Source of the DNA: Fidelibacterota bacterium
GTDB taxonomy: Bacteria; Fidelibacterota; Marinisomatia; Marinisomatales; Marinisomataceae
DNA: 64,000 nt
Reading direction: 5' to 3'
NCBI GenBank assembly: GCA_038280095.1
Contig: JAYPYG010000003.1
Span: 5,049-69,048, forward strand
In this document: positions 46,962-58,947 of the stretch, piece after piece
Layout of the letters: each line of letters starts with the position of its first letter
How positions within the stretch are numbered: position 1 is the stretch's first letter
Notes under the pieces: generated by a model
What the model saw: only the letters and a program-made list of their open reading frames with translations
Database searches by the model: none
Told to the model about the DNA's origin: nothing
Translations under genes and position numbers: made by a program

Positions 46962-49781
46962 ATGTCTGAATTTCACAATAAACATATCGGTCCTTCTCAG
47001 AAAGAAATCGAAGAAATGTTGCAATATCTTAATTGCGACAACCTCAATGATCTTCTTGAGAAGATTGTGCCTAAAAATATTCTTGATATAGATGACATGT
47101 CTATTGGAAATGAAGTATTCTCAGAAAATGATATTTTAAATCACGTTAAAAATATTGGTACTAATAATAAAGTCCATAGATCCTTAATTGGCCAAGGGTA
47201 TTATGATACCATTACTCCGAACGTTATTTTAAGAAATATACTTGAGAATCCAGGATGGTATACACAGTATACCCCATATCAACCTGAAATCTCACAAGGT
47301 AGATTGGAAGCTCTTTTGAATTATCAAACAATGATTACTCAAATTACTGCTTTACCAATTGCTAATGCATCCCTTTTAGATGAAGGAACTGCAGCTAGTG
47401 AAGCAATGTTAATGCTTTATCGCAAAAATAAATCTGAAAAAACGCAATTTTTAGTTGATAGAGAATGTTTTCAACAAACTATAGACGTCATTATTTCAAG
47501 AGCTGAGCCATTAAATATTGAAATCATTGTAACAGACTTTAACAATTTTGATTTTACCAATGCTTTTGGTTGTATTGTCCAATATCCAAATAAATATGGA
47601 CACATCTCCTCAGACAAAGATTATAAACGCGTCGTATCTGATGCACATAATTCAAATTGTAAGGTCATCTTTGCGAGTGATCTAATGTGCCTCCAGCTTT
47701 TTGAAGCTCCGGGTAATTTAGGAGCTGACATAGCTGTTGGTAATAGTCAACGATTTGGTGTACCACTTGGCTACGGCGGACCTCATGCGGCATTTATGTC
47801 TACAAGCGAAGAATTTAAAAGAGATATCCCAGGAAGAATTGTCGGCGTATCGCAAGACCGTAGGGGAAATCAAGCTTATAGACTTACACTCCAAACCAGG
47901 GAACAGCATATTAGAAGAGAAAAAGCAACATCAAATATTTGTACAGCTCAAGTATTGCTTGCTATCATTTCAGGAATGTATGCATTATTTCATGGTCCAG
48001 ATGATTTAAAAAATATTGCAAGAAGAATTCATAGTCACACAAAAGAACTTGCAGATAAAATTGCAAAGCTAGGTCATGAGATTGTAACTAATGATAATTC
48101 ATTTTTTGATACAATAGTAATCAAATTGTCGAACATGAGTATAGATAGTTTAAAAGATAGGGCGTTAAAGCGTAATTTTAATTTAATGTATCACGATAAT
48201 GGACTTATTGGTATCTCTTTAGATGAGAAAACAGATTTTGGTGAAGTTGAGGCGCTTGCAAATCTATTTGATGTGCATAATGATTCTAAAAATTCTTATA
48301 ATATTTTTAAACCAAATAGAGCAGGAGATATCTTAACTCATCCTATTTTTCATAGCATTAATTCTGAAACAGAAATGCTTAGATATATCAATAAGTTAGA
48401 AAAAAGAGATCTTTCCTTGAACTATAGTATGATACCATTAGGGTCTTGTACTATGAAACTTAATGCGACTGTTGAAATGATTCCAATTAGTTGGCCAGAA
48501 TTCAATTCTATCCACCCTTTTGCACCATTAAGTCAGGCTAAGGGTTATGAAAAAATCATTAATGAGCTAGAGGAAATGCTATATAAAGTTACTGGATTCG
48601 ATGCCGTATCATTTCAACCAAATTCTGGTGCTCAAGGAGAATATGCTGGATTATTAAGCATTAGAGAATATCATAAAGCAAATAATTCAAAAAGAGATAT
48701 TTGTCTAATACCTGAATCAGCCCATGGGACAAATCCTGCAAGTGCAATAATGGCTGGACTTAAAGTTGTGATTGTAAAATGTGATGACCATGGGAATATA
48801 GATTTTCAAGATTTAAGCGCAAAAGTTGATGAGGCTGGTGACAAGTTGTCATCATTAATGGTTACTTACCCCTCTACCCATGGTGTATTTGAACATAACA
48901 TTGATGAAATATGTAATTTAATTCACGAAAATGGTGGCTTAGTCTATATGGATGGAGCCAACTTGAACGCCATGGTTGGTGTATGTAAACCAGGTAAATT
49001 TGGTGCTGATGTTATGCACATTAATCTTCATAAAACTTTTTGTATACCGCATGGAGGAGGGGGTCCAGGTATGGGTCCAATTTGTGTTAATGAAAAATTA
49101 AAGCCTCATCTTCCAAAACATAGTTTCACTGATGAAGATTTTTCTTACTCTGTATCGTCATCACCATTTGGTAGTGCAAGTATTCTATTAATTTCTTATA
49201 TCTATATGAAATTAATGGCAGCAAACGGTTTATTAAAAGCATCCCAAGTTGCAATTTTATCTGCCAACTATATGGCTAAGAGACTTGAAAATGATTATAG
49301 CATTCTATATCGCGGTAAGAGCGGATTAAATGCGCATGAGTTCATTGTTGATTGTAGATCATTTAAATCCACTGCGAATATTACTAATGAAGATATTGCT
49401 AAAAGATTAATTGATTATGGGTTTCATGCTCCTACTATGTCTTGGCCTATTCCAGGAACACTAATGATTGAACCAACCGAGAGCGAAACAAAATCTGAGC
49501 TTGATAAATTTTGTGATGCTATGATTGCAATTAAAAATGAAATTATTGAAATAGAATCAGGTAAAATGCCTCAAGAAGACAATGTTTTAGTTAATGCTCC
49601 ACATACTGTACACGATATTTGCGATGATTGGAAACACCCTTATTCAAAAGAAAGTGCAGTTTTCCCTACCCAATGGAATAAAGAAAATAAGTTTTGGCCA
49701 TACGTTTCTAGAATAGATAATGCCTTTGGGGATAGAAATTTTTTCTGTGTATGTCCGGATATTGATTCTTATAAAGAATAA
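46962..49781 (+). CDS. gcvP: glycine dehydrogenase (decarboxylating), single-chain P-protein
   Basis: Starts at ATG 46962 (MSEFHNKHIGPSQ), because the tracked start at 46878 lies inside tRNA-Lys. YTPYQPEISQGRLEALLNYQTM, and PLP-Lys region NLHKTFCIPHGGGGPG. Confidence 0.92.
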   Translation: MSEFHNKHIGPSQKEIEEMLQYLNCDNLNDLLEKIVPKNILDIDDMSIGNEVFSENDILNHVKNIGTNNKVHRSLIGQGYYDTITPNVILRNILENPGWYTQYTPYQPEISQGRLEALLNYQTMITQITALPIANASLLDEGTAASEAMLMLYRKNKSEKTQFLVDRECFQQTIDVIISRAEPLNIEIIVTDFNNFDFTNAFGCIVQYPNKYGHISSDKDYKRVVSDAHNSNCKVIFASDLMCLQLFEAPGNLGADIAVGNSQRFGVPLGYGGPHAAFMSTSEEFKRDIPGRIVGVSQDRRGNQAYRLTLQTREQHIRREKATSNICTAQVLLAIISGMYALFHGPDDLKNIARRIHSHTKELADKIAKLGHEIVTNDNSFFDTIVIKLSNMSIDSLKDRALKRNFNLMYHDNGLIGISLDEKTDFGEVEALANLFDVHNDSKNSYNIFKPNRAGDILTHPIFHSINSETEMLRYINKLEKRDLSLNYSMIPLGSCTMKLNATVEMIPISWPEFNSIHPFAPLSQAKGYEKIINELEEMLYKVTGFDAVSFQPNSGAQGEYAGLLSIREYHKANNSKRDICLIPESAHGTNPASAIMAGLKVVIVKCDDHGNIDFQDLSAKVDEAGDKLSSLMVTYPSTHGVFEHNIDEICNLIHENGGLVYMDGANLNAMVGVCKPGKFGADVMHINLHKTFCIPHGGGGPGMGPICVNEKLKPHLPKHSFTDEDFSYSVSSSPFGSASILLISYIYMKLMAANGLLKASQVAILSANYMAKRLENDYSILYRGKSGLNAHEFIVDCRSFKSTANITNEDIAKRLIDYGFHAPTMSWPIPGTLMIEPTESETKSELDKFCDAMIAIKNEIIEIESGKMPQEDNVLVNAPHTVHDICDDWKHPYSKESAVFPTQWNKENKFWPYVSRIDNAFGDRNFFCVCPDIDSYKE

Positions 49782-49786
49782 AAATT

Positions 49787-52700
49787 CTATTTAAAATATT
49801 CTTGAAGTGCTTTCACGCTAATTTTGTTTAAATGTTTCATAGAATCAATAGCGGCTCTTGCCCCTGGAAGCGTAGTAATAGTTAAAATATTTTTCATGAC
49901 TGACGTTTTTCCAATCGCTTCTTCGTCAAATCTTGATTGTGGTCCTTCAGGTGTATTGATTACTAATTGAATATTATCATTTAAAATTTCATCAACAACA
50001 TTCGGTCTTCCTTCACCAACTTTAAACATATCATCGCACAAAATACCTTGTTCTTTTAGAAACCTGCATGTTCCCTTTGTAGCAACCAGGTTAAAGCCTA
50101 ATCCAATTAAATTTCTTGCTATTGGAACAAGGCCTGCTCTATCTGTTTTATTAACTGATAAAAAAGCTGTTCCTTGTTTTGGAACATTATAACCATCTGA
50201 CTTCATCGCTTTTAAGAAAGCACTGCCTGTATTCATATCAATGCCCATTACCTCACCAGTAGATTTCATTTCAGGACCTAAAAAGACTTTTTCATCTTTA
50301 AACTTTTTAAATGGTAAGACTGCTTTCTTTACAGCATAATGTTCAAAATTATTTTCTTTCAATTTGAAATCATTTAATGATTTACCAACTGAAATTTGTG
50401 CGGCTATATTTGCCAATGGAACGTTGCTATATTTGCTGACAAAAGGCACTGTGCGGCTTGATCTTGGGTTTACCTCTAAAACATAGACTTTATCATCTTT
50501 TACAGCAAATTGAAGGTTAATCAAACCTACAACTTTAAGCTCAAGTGCTAATTTAGCTGTAATAGTTTCAATTTCTTTTTTAACTGCATCACTTACTTCG
50601 TATGGCGGAATAACACATGACGAATCTCCAGAATGAACACCAGCTTCTTCTATATGTTGCATAATTCCTCCAATAAAAACCTTTTCTCCATCGCAAAGTG
50701 CATCTACATCAAACTCAAATGCATTTTCAATAAATTGATCAATTAAAATTGGGTGATCATTTGTAGCTTCAGCTGATCTAAATACGTAATCCACCAATTG
50801 TTCTTTTGAATAGACAATTTGCATTGCCCTTCCACCTAATACAAAACTTGGTCTTACTAATACTGGAAAATTTGCTGTTTCAGCATAACTATAAATATCA
50901 TCATAATTTTTGGCTATACAATACTCAGGAGTTAATATGTTTAGCTTATCAATTACCTTAGCAAACTCTTCTCTGTTTTCAGCAAGATTAATACTGTCGG
51001 ATGATGTACCATAAATTTTGACTCCAGCTGAGGCAAGTTGATTAGCAATTTTTAAAGGTGTTTGTCCTCCAAATTGTACTAATACACCATCAGGCTTTTC
51101 GAAATTTATAATATTCATAATATCTTCAAATGTTATTGGTTCAAAATAAAGTCTATCAGCTAAATCAAAATCAGTTGAGACAGTTTCGGGATTACAATTA
51201 ACCATTATTGATTTATAACCAGCTTCTCTCAAACCAAACACCGCTTGTACACAACAATAATCAAATTCAATACCTTGACCAATCCTATTTGGCCCACCTC
51301 CTAAAATCATAATTTTTTTACCTTCAAGAGGTTGTAAGTCATTTTCTGATTCATATGTGGAATATGAATAAGGGGTTTCAGCTTCAAATTCCCCAGCACA
51401 AGTATCTACTAATTTGTAGACTGGTTTAATTCCTTGATCTATTCTCATTTGCTGAACTTCATTTTCGGATAAATTGTTTAAGCGAGCTATTTGTAAATCT
51501 GAAAATCCATTCTTTTTTAAAAATTCTAAATTTTCTATTGAAGAATACTCTTTTTCAATATTAACTATTTCTTGAATTTCTGTTAAGAACCATGGATCTA
51601 TGCCAGTATTTTTATGAATTTCTTCAATTGAAAATTCCTGCTTAATAGCTTCTTTGACTTTTAACATCCTAAATGCACTACCATCATTTAAAGATTTAAT
51701 ATCCAACTCTCTAAATCTTTTAATATCTAAATCTTCATCTCGAGGATCTTTTGTTTCAAATCCTGGTAAATTAAGCTCTAGAGAGCGGAAAGCTTTTTGA
51801 AATGATTCCCTAAATGTCCTTCCAATAGCCATAGCTTCCCCAACAGACTGCATTTGTACGCCAAGTTTTCCAGAAGCTGATGAAAATTTTTCAAAATCAA
51901 ATCTTGGCAGTTTTGTCACTATGTAATCAATTGTTGGTTCAAAGGCCGCCAATGTTCTGTTGGTTATATCATTTTTTAATTCATCTAGAGAATATCCAAC
52001 AGCAAGCTTAGCAGCAATTTTTGCTATAGGAAATCCTGTAGCTTTTGATGCTAATGCAGAAGACCTACTCACTCTTGGATTCATTTCAATAATCACCATT
52101 CTTCCATCGACTGGGTTAACAGCAAATTGAACATTTGAACCTCCGGTATCCACACCTATTTTTCTAATGCATTTTATAGCTGCATTTCGCATTAATTGAA
52201 ACTCTTTATCGCTTAATGTCATTGCTGGTGCTATTGTAATAGAATCACCAGTATGTATACCCATTGGATCAATATTTTCAATTGAGCAGATAATAATTAC
52301 ATTATCATTTAAGTCTCGTATGAGCTCTAATTCATATTCTTTCCAACCATTTAAGTATTCCTCAACAAGAACTTGACCGGTAGGGCTTTCTTTCAAACCT
52401 TTATTTACTGATGCTTCAAATTCTTCTTCATTGTATGCAACAGAACCGCCTGAACCCCCTAAAGTAAATGAAGGTCTGATAATAGCTGGTAAGGAGATTT
52501 TATTTAATAACTTTTTAGCTCCATCTAAGGATTTAACGGTATATCCGTATGGTAAATCAAGACCAATTTCTAACATTGCTTGCTTAAACATTTCTCTGCT
52601 TTCAGCAGTTTCAATTGCTTTCCTGTTAGCTCCAATGAGTTCAACATTATACTTTTTAAGAATCCCTTCTTCTTCTAGCTTCATGGCAACATTTAAAGCT

Positions 52701-52981
52701 GTTTGTCCCCCAACTGTAGGCAAAATAGCATCAGGTTTTTCTTTTTTTATTATTGCTTCAACGTATTCTGCAGAAATAGGCTCAATATAGGTTTTATCAG
52801 AAAATTGAGGATCTGTCATGATTGTAGCAGGGTTAGAATTAATTAATACAACTCGATAGCCTTCTTCTTTTAAAGCTTTTATAGCTTGTGTCCCAGAATA
52901 ATCAAATTCACACCCCTGGCCAATAACAATGGGTCCAGCACCTATTACTAAAATAGTGTTTATATCTTTACGTTTTGGCAT
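49787..52981 (-). CDS. carB: carbamoyl-phosphate synthase large subunit
   Basis: 1064 aa with duplicated ATP-grasp halves ([24 protein letters not shown] / [24 protein letters not shown]) and a C-terminal MGS-like domain. Confidence 0.95.
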   Translation of the reverse strand: MPKRKDINTILVIGAGPIVIGQGCEFDYSGTQAIKALKEEGYRVVLINSNPATIMTDPQFSDKTYIEPISAEYVEAIIKKEKPDAILPTVGGQTALNVAMKLEEEGILKKYNVELIGANRKAIETAESREMFKQAMLEIGLDLPYGYTVKSLDGAKKLLNKISLPAIIRPSFTLGGSGGSVAYNEEEFEASVNKGLKESPTGQVLVEEYLNGWKEYELELIRDLNDNVIIICSIENIDPMGIHTGDSITIAPAMTLSDKEFQLMRNAAIKCIRKIGVDTGGSNVQFAVNPVDGRMVIIEMNPRVSRSSALASKATGFPIAKIAAKLAVGYSLDELKNDITNRTLAAFEPTIDYIVTKLPRFDFEKFSSASGKLGVQMQSVGEAMAIGRTFRESFQKAFRSLELNLPGFETKDPRDEDLDIKRFRELDIKSLNDGSAFRMLKVKEAIKQEFSIEEIHKNTGIDPWFLTEIQEIVNIEKEYSSIENLEFLKKNGFSDLQIARLNNLSENEVQQMRIDQGIKPVYKLVDTCAGEFEAETPYSYSTYESENDLQPLEGKKIMILGGGPNRIGQGIEFDYCCVQAVFGLREAGYKSIMVNCNPETVSTDFDLADRLYFEPITFEDIMNIINFEKPDGVLVQFGGQTPLKIANQLASAGVKIYGTSSDSINLAENREEFAKVIDKLNILTPEYCIAKNYDDIYSYAETANFPVLVRPSFVLGGRAMQIVYSKEQLVDYVFRSAEATNDHPILIDQFIENAFEFDVDALCDGEKVFIGGIMQHIEEAGVHSGDSSCVIPPYEVSDAVKKEIETITAKLALELKVVGLINLQFAVKDDKVYVLEVNPRSSRTVPFVSKYSNVPLANIAAQISVGKSLNDFKLKENNFEHYAVKKAVLPFKKFKDEKVFLGPEMKSTGEVMGIDMNTGSAFLKAMKSDGYNVPKQGTAFLSVNKTDRAGLVPIARNLIGLGFNLVATKGTCRFLKEQGILCDDMFKVGEGRPNVVDEILNDNIQLVINTPEGPQSRFDEEAIGKTSVMKNILTITTLPGARAAIDSMKHLNKISVKALQEYFK

Positions 52982-54068
52982 CGTTCTTCATCATATTAAA
53001 AAATTCTTTGAAAACATATCTTGAATCATGCGGTCCTGGACTGGCTTCAGGATGATATTGAACTGAATATGCTGAAATATCATTGCAGCTTATCCCTGCA
53101 ACAGTATCATCATTTAAATGTTTATGCGTAACAGTTACATTTGATGGAAGAGAATCTTCGTTAACAGCAAATCCATGATTTTGGGATGTAATTTCAACTT
53201 TGTTTGTAATTAGGTTTTTAACTGGCTGATTAATACCTCTATGACCAAACTTCATTTTAAACGTATTAGCACCTAATGCTAAAGCTAGAATTTGATGCCC
53301 AAGACATATTCCAAATATAGGTTTTTTACCCAACAAATTTTTTACCGTTTCTATTCCATATGTTACAGCAGCAGGGTCTCCGGGTCCATTCGACAAAAAC
53401 ACACCATCTGGATTAGAAGCAAGTATTTCATCGTGGGATACATTTGCTGGAAAGATTTCAACTTCGGCATCGCATTCAAGCATAATGTCATATATATTAC
53501 TTTTCATGCCAAAATCAATTGCCGCTATTTTAAAAATAGGATTATCAGTGTTTGATAAAACCGCTTTTTTCTTTCTGGCAACTTTAATTGCTAAGTCCTG
53601 ACCTTCCATTTTAGGAATATTCTTAATTTTGCTGGCCAGATTATGAACGTCAAAATCCTCCGTTGAAATAATTCCTCTCATTGCACCTTTTTTTCTTATG
53701 TGTATAGTTAATGCTCTTGTATCAATATCTTGAATGCCAACTATATTATGTTTTATTAAAAAAGATGATAGAGATTCTTCAGACCTCCAATTTGAAGGTT
53801 GTATAGATTCGCTCTTAATTATAAAGCCTGTAGCATAAACTCTTTCAGATTCGGTATCGCTATTATTGGTCCCATAATTTCCTATATGTGGACTACTCAT
53901 TGCAATCATCTGATTAGAATATGAAGGATCGGTTAATATTTCCTGATACCCAGTCATTCCAGTATTGAAGCAAACTTCACCGAAAGTTTCTCCACTTTTA
54001 CCAAGACTTTTTCCGATAAAAAAAAAGCCATCCTCTAGAAACAGGATAGCCTTTTTTAATTTTTGCAT
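52968..54068 (-). CDS. carA: carbamoyl-phosphate synthase small (glutaminase) subunit
   Basis: [14 protein letters not shown], GATase triad region [10 protein letters not shown], and ...[13 protein letters not shown]. 14-nt overlap with carB. Confidence 0.93.
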   Translation of the reverse strand: MQKLKKAILFLEDGFFFIGKSLGKSGETFGEVCFNTGMTGYQEILTDPSYSNQMIAMSSPHIGNYGTNNSDTESERVYATGFIIKSESIQPSNWRSEESLSSFLIKHNIVGIQDIDTRALTIHIRKKGAMRGIISTEDFDVHNLASKIKNIPKMEGQDLAIKVARKKKAVLSNTDNPIFKIAAIDFGMKSNIYDIMLECDAEVEIFPANVSHDEILASNPDGVFLSNGPGDPAAVTYGIETVKNLLGKKPIFGICLGHQILALALGANTFKMKFGHRGINQPVKNLITNKVEITSQNHGFAVNEDSLPSNVTVTHKHLNDDTVAGISCNDISAYSVQYHPEASPGPHDSRYVFKEFFNMMKNDAKT

Positions 54069-54096
54069 GGCCTATTTTAAATCAATTAAACAAAAA

Positions 54097-54861
54097 TTAA
54101 AACCTAATTTTTTTTCCTGTTGACATAAGTACAACTGCCATCACTGTTGTTGCAATAGTAAATAGAACTAAAAAGATAGATGCTGCCAGAAATGAAGCAT
54201 CTGAAACACCAAGCGTTGCTTCTCGTAATGCGCTAATTGCATAATAGATTGGATTTACTTGACTTAAAGTCATAGCCCAACCAGGGAGCATTTTAATGGA
54301 ATAAAATATTCCTCCAAGGAAACTAAACGGTGTAATAACAAAATTTTGTATGAGCGCAAGCTGATCCCAGGAATCAGATAGCTGTCCAACAAAAAGACCT
54401 AGACTTGAAAATGACCATGATACTAAAAGAATAAAAAATAATGTAAGGGGTAGGTTTAAAATAGGCATTCCTGCTAGCCAACAAATCAAAAGAATTAAAA
54501 TTCCATTAACAAATCCTCTTATAGTGCCTCCAATTATAAATGATAATGATAATTCTAGGCTGGAAAGTGGAGTAATCAAAAGCTCAGGAAGAGTTTGAAG
54601 CAATTTCATTTGCAACATTGATGAGGCAGAATTTGCAACTGCGTTGGTAATAACGTTCATCATTAACAAGCCTGGCAAGATATATATTTTGTATGAAACA
54701 CCACCTATCTCACTAATTCTATTTTCTAGAGCTACTCCAAAAACAAAAATATATAATAAAGTAGTAACTATTCCTGGAATTATAGTTTGCCTCCAAACAG
54801 AGAAAAAACGCATAATTTCTCTTGAGGAGAGAGTATAAAAACCAACCCAATTTTTAATCAT
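54097..54861 (-). CDS. ABC-2 type exporter permease
   Basis: 254 aa, six hydrophobic helices, N-terminal YTLSSREIMRFFSVWRQT typical of ABC-2 permeases. 8-nt overlap with the ATPase gene. Confidence 0.8.
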   Translation of the reverse strand: MIKNWVGFYTLSSREIMRFFSVWRQTIIPGIVTTLLYIFVFGVALENRISEIGGVSYKIYILPGLLMMNVITNAVANSASSMLQMKLLQTLPELLITPLSSLELSLSFIIGGTIRGFVNGILILLICWLAGMPILNLPLTLFFILLVSWSFSSLGLFVGQLSDSWDQLALIQNFVITPFSFLGGIFYSIKMLPGWAMTLSQVNPIYYAISALREATLGVSDASFLAASIFLVLFTIATTVMAVVLMSTGKKIRF

Positions 54862-55783
54862 TAATTTTCCTCCCCGTTAAATCTAAAAAAACATCCTCTA
54901 AAGATGTTTGAGGAATATGGATGTCTTCAATTTTAATATCTTTTTCAGAAAATTTTAAAATTATTGAAGGTAATTCAAGATTGGGTTTATCTGTAAAAAT
55001 TTTCAAAGAGTTATTATCAATTTTATAATCATATTCATCTAAAAAACTTAAATCATTATTATCATTATCTTTTAATTGTATTTCAATGGAAGAGTTTTTG
55101 ACCATTTTTTTTAAATTAGAAACTGTGTCTTCAATAATTAACTTTCCTTTATCTATAATCCCGACTCTCTCACATAAAAGCTCTGCTTCATCTATGTAGT
55201 GAGTTGTTAACAATATTGTTTTCCCATCTTTATGCAGTTCTTGTAAATAAAGCCATAGATCATGCCTTAATTCAACATCAACGCCAGCAGTAGGCTCATC
55301 AAGAATGATTATTTCAGGGTCATGTACCAAAGCTTTTGCTATTTGCAGCCTTCGCTTCATTCCTCCTGAAAGCTCTCGCATTTTTTTTGTTCGATGCTTG
55401 GATAAACCTAATTTTTCTAGCAAATATTCAATTCTTTCTTTTGCATGAGATCTTGATACTCCATAAAAACCAGCCTGAAAATACAATAATTGTTCTAAAG
55501 GGAAAAACCAGTCCGTGCTAACTTCCTGTTGCGCAATTCCAACTTGCGATCTAGCAAATCTAAAGTGATTTTCTATGTTTTTTCCAAAAATTTCGATATC
55601 TCCATCTGACGGCTTAACTAGACTTGTAATTGAATTGATAGTAGTGGATTTTCCAGCTCCATTTGGACCTAGTAAGCCATAAAACTCGCCTTTATTAATT
55701 TCCAAATCAATACCTCGTACTGCTTTTACATCATCATATGATTTAAAAAGCTTATTAATTTTTATTGCTAGATTTTTACTCAT
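54854..55783 (-). CDS. ABC transporter ATP-binding protein (DrrA-like)
   Basis: Walker A GPNGAGKST, signature LSGGMKRRL, and Walker B IIILDEPTAGVD. Confidence 0.9.
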   Translation of the reverse strand: MSKNLAIKINKLFKSYDDVKAVRGIDLEINKGEFYGLLGPNGAGKSTTINSITSLVKPSDGDIEIFGKNIENHFRFARSQVGIAQQEVSTDWFFPLEQLLYFQAGFYGVSRSHAKERIEYLLEKLGLSKHRTKKMRELSGGMKRRLQIAKALVHDPEIIILDEPTAGVDVELRHDLWLYLQELHKDGKTILLTTHYIDEAELLCERVGIIDKGKLIIEDTVSNLKKMVKNSSIEIQLKDNDNNDLSFLDEYDYKIDNNSLKIFTDKPNLELPSIILKFSEKDIKIEDIHIPQTSLEDVFLDLTGRKIND

Positions 55784-56945
55784 TTGAAGGTACTATTTTA
55801 TAAATACTTCCTGAGAATTCCACTATATATAATTCACCATATATGTCTTCACCAAAAGATGATATCATACTTTTTTTATTTCCTAATAATTGAGGAGTTA
55901 AATCACTGGTCGCGCCTTTTGCTGGGTCAAGAGACCAGATTTTTCCTGTGCAAAAGTCTGAAAATAAATAGAACCCACTTAGGTCATTAATTTTATTCCC
56001 ATGATAAACGTATCCTCCTGTAACAGAACATCCGTATACATTTTTTTGATTTATATTCATGAGGCTAAATGCATAAGATGCGTCGCTTGGATATTCAAAT
56101 ATAGGTTTTGTTAAACCATCTTGATTACATACTTCTGTTTCATAACAATGGTTTCCTTCCATAATCTTCCATCCAAAATTAATATTAGATTCATTAAAAC
56201 TAATTTTATTTATTTCTTCCCACAGGTATTGTCCAACGTCTCCGATGTAAAGATCGCCATTAAATTTATCAAAACTAAATCTCCATGGATTCCTTAAACC
56301 ATAAGCCCAAATTTCGTCTAATTTATCCTGTTCGTTTTTATAAGGATTAGAATCAGGTATTTTATAACCACTTTCTGTATTTATATCTATTCTTAAAATT
56401 TTTCCCATAAAATTACTCAAATCTTGTGCATTATTTTGTGGATCCCCTGATGAACCACCATCTCCAAATCCTAAATATAGATAATTATCTTTGGGGCTAA
56501 ATTCAATATGCCCCCCGTTATGATTGCTATAAGGTTGTTCGAAATGAAACAGTTTTCTTTCTGACATGAGATCTACTTTTTGTTTTTTATTATCGTAAAA
56601 ATAACGAGCTACCACAGAAAAATTATCTTTATCTACATATGAAACATAAAAAAGTCCATTTGTAACGAAATTCGGGTGAAGTGCCATCCCCAATAATCCT
56701 CTTTCGTCCGGAATGGGTCCAGTCATAACTGACTCTGATAGATCTATAAAGGTAGTAGTTTTATTTTTTTCAATTAATTTTATTTTACCGGTTTGTTCAA
56801 CCACAAACATAGCATTTGTTTCTGGATGAAACCTTACAAGCAATGGTTGAGAAAACCCATCAGACATTAATTGTGTTTTAAATGATGGACCATTCTCAGC
56901 AAAAAGAAAAGCGGTTATTAAAAGCAGTACTAAATTAATCTTCAT
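55776..56945 (-). CDS. PQQ-dependent (soluble) sugar dehydrogenase, beta-propeller
   Basis: Signal peptide, ERGLLGMALHPNF, and SNHNGGHIEFSPKDNYLYLGFGDGG motifs of the sGDH/sorbosone dehydrogenase family. Confidence 0.75.
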   Translation of the reverse strand: MKINLVLLLITAFLFAENGPSFKTQLMSDGFSQPLLVRFHPETNAMFVVEQTGKIKLIEKNKTTTFIDLSESVMTGPIPDERGLLGMALHPNFVTNGLFYVSYVDKDNFSVVARYFYDNKKQKVDLMSERKLFHFEQPYSNHNGGHIEFSPKDNYLYLGFGDGGSSGDPQNNAQDLSNFMGKILRIDINTESGYKIPDSNPYKNEQDKLDEIWAYGLRNPWRFSFDKFNGDLYIGDVGQYLWEEINKISFNESNINFGWKIMEGNHCYETEVCNQDGLTKPIFEYPSDASYAFSLMNINQKNVYGCSVTGGYVYHGNKINDLSGFYLFSDFCTGKIWSLDPAKGATSDLTPQLLGNKKSMISSFGEDIYGELYIVEFSGSIYKIVPSNE

Positions 56946-58947
56946 CTAAAAACTCTAATAAATCTTTTTCTTCAACAATCCTAATACTCAAATCTTGTGC
57001 TTTTGATAATTTTGATCCTGGATTTTTTCCTACAATAACAGCACTAGTTTTAGAAGAGACAGAAGAGCTAACTGTAGCTCCTAACTTTTCTAATCGAAGT
57101 TTTAGATCACTACGTGACAAACTTTCAAAAGATCCAGTTATAACAACTTTATGATTCAACATCGTCATTTTTGAGGTATCATAAGTAGTAGGTATTATCT
57201 CAATACCTAATTGCAGACAACTTTCAACAATATTTTTATTGTTATTATCGTTAAAATACTCTTTTATAGCTATAGCAACTGTTTCACCAATTCCATCTAT
57301 TTCTATCATTTCTTCAATTGTTAATTCAGTTAATTTTTCTAAAGATGAATTACAGTATTTATCCATTATCTTGGATATATGTTGACCTACATTTGGGATA
57401 CCAAGTCCAAATAAAAATCTAGGAAAAGTTGTTTTCTTAGATTGATTTATTGAATCAATTAAATTCATTGCAGATTTATTCTTAAAACGATCTAAGTTAA
57501 TTAAATCTTCATATTTTATTTTGTAAATATCATCAAAACTATTTAATAAATCTGCTTCAAATAATTGTTTAACAATTTGGGGGCCCATACCTTCAATGTT
57601 CATCGCATTTTTTGAACAAAAATGTTCGAGTATACCCATAACTCTTGATTTACAATTTGGGTTTATACATCTGTATGCGGCTTCTCCATCAACACGCTCA
57701 ATTTTGCATTCTGGATGATGGCATTTGAAATCGCTAATTATAAATTTTTGTGTATTTTTGGGTCTTTTATTTTTGAGAACCTGCGTAATCTTAGGAATAA
57801 CATCTCCAGATCTTTCGATTAATACAAAATCATTAATTCTAATATCTTTCCTATCGATTTCATCTTGATTATGAAGAGTAGCACTGGATATCATAACACC
57901 CGATAAATCAACTTCTTTAATTTTTGCAACTGGCGTAATAACTCCTGTTCTACCAACTTGCAAGTCAATTCCTATGATCTGGGATTCTGCTTGCTTTGCT
58001 TTAAATTTTGCTGCAATAGCCCATCTTGGAGAACGTGATCTTAACCCCAATCTCTCTCTTTTTTTGTAATTATTTACTTTTATAACAGAGCCATCAATCT
58101 CATAATCTATATGCTTACGATTTGATTCTAGTGTGTGATGATATGCGATCATTTCACTAGCTGATGTAATTTTTTTGGATAGTGGATTTACAGGTAGTCC
58201 AACTGACTTTAAGTAGTCAAGCATTTCAACTTGATTATTAAACTCAATATCTTCACTACCTCCAATTTCGTAACAAAAAATTGAGAGATTTCTTGAGGCA
58301 GTAATTTTAGGATCGAGTTGTCTTACGCTTCCAGCTGCTGCATTCCTGGCATTTGCGAAAAGCTTTTCTTCCAATAATTCTCTAGATTGATTTAATTTGT
58401 TAAAATCTGAGATGTTCATAAAAATTTCCCCTCTAACTTCCATAAAAGTTGGGGTTTCTATAGATTTTCTTAGCTGCAATGGAATAGCATTGATAGTTTT
58501 GACATTATGAGTGATATCTTCCCCTTTAAATCCGTCACCCCTTGTTAAAGCTCTTTCTAGTATTCCATTTTTATATATTAATGAAACACCTAAGCCATCA
58601 ATTTTTGGCTCTGCTACAAAATCAACTTCAGAGTTGTTTAGCCACTTTTTTATGCGTTTATAAAAATCAGTAATTTCTTCATCATTTATGGCATTGGATA
58701 ATGAAAGCATGGGAACAGCATGATCATAACTTTGTAATCCACTACTTACAGGATGACCAACTCTTTGTGTTGGTGATAAATCAGTAACTAAAGAAGGGTG
58801 TTCGTTTTCAAGCTCTTCAAGTTCTCTAAAAAGACTATCATATTCCTTATCAGACAACTTAGGGTCGTCTAAAACATAATAAGCATGATTATGATTATTA
58901 ATTTCTGATATTAAGCTATCTATTCTTTTTTTAATCTTATCTTCCAT
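56935..58947 (-). CDS. ligA: NAD-dependent DNA ligase
   Basis: YYVLDDPKLSDKEYD, adenylation Lys motif EPKIDG, Zn-finger cysteines (CHHPEC...C..PNC), HhH repeats, and C-terminal BRCT. Confidence 0.93.
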   Translation of the reverse strand: MEDKIKKRIDSLISEINNHNHAYYVLDDPKLSDKEYDSLFRELEELENEHPSLVTDLSPTQRVGHPVSSGLQSYDHAVPMLSLSNAINDEEITDFYKRIKKWLNNSEVDFVAEPKIDGLGVSLIYKNGILERALTRGDGFKGEDITHNVKTINAIPLQLRKSIETPTFMEVRGEIFMNISDFNKLNQSRELLEEKLFANARNAAAGSVRQLDPKITASRNLSIFCYEIGGSEDIEFNNQVEMLDYLKSVGLPVNPLSKKITSASEMIAYHHTLESNRKHIDYEIDGSVIKVNNYKKRERLGLRSRSPRWAIAAKFKAKQAESQIIGIDLQVGRTGVITPVAKIKEVDLSGVMISSATLHNQDEIDRKDIRINDFVLIERSGDVIPKITQVLKNKRPKNTQKFIISDFKCHHPECKIERVDGEAAYRCINPNCKSRVMGILEHFCSKNAMNIEGMGPQIVKQLFEADLLNSFDDIYKIKYEDLINLDRFKNKSAMNLIDSINQSKKTTFPRFLFGLGIPNVGQHISKIMDKYCNSSLEKLTELTIEEMIEIDGIGETVAIAIKEYFNDNNNKNIVESCLQLGIEIIPTTYDTSKMTMLNHKVVITGSFESLSRSDLKLRLEKLGATVSSSVSSKTSAVIVGKNPGSKLSKAQDLSIRIVEEKDLLEFLDED

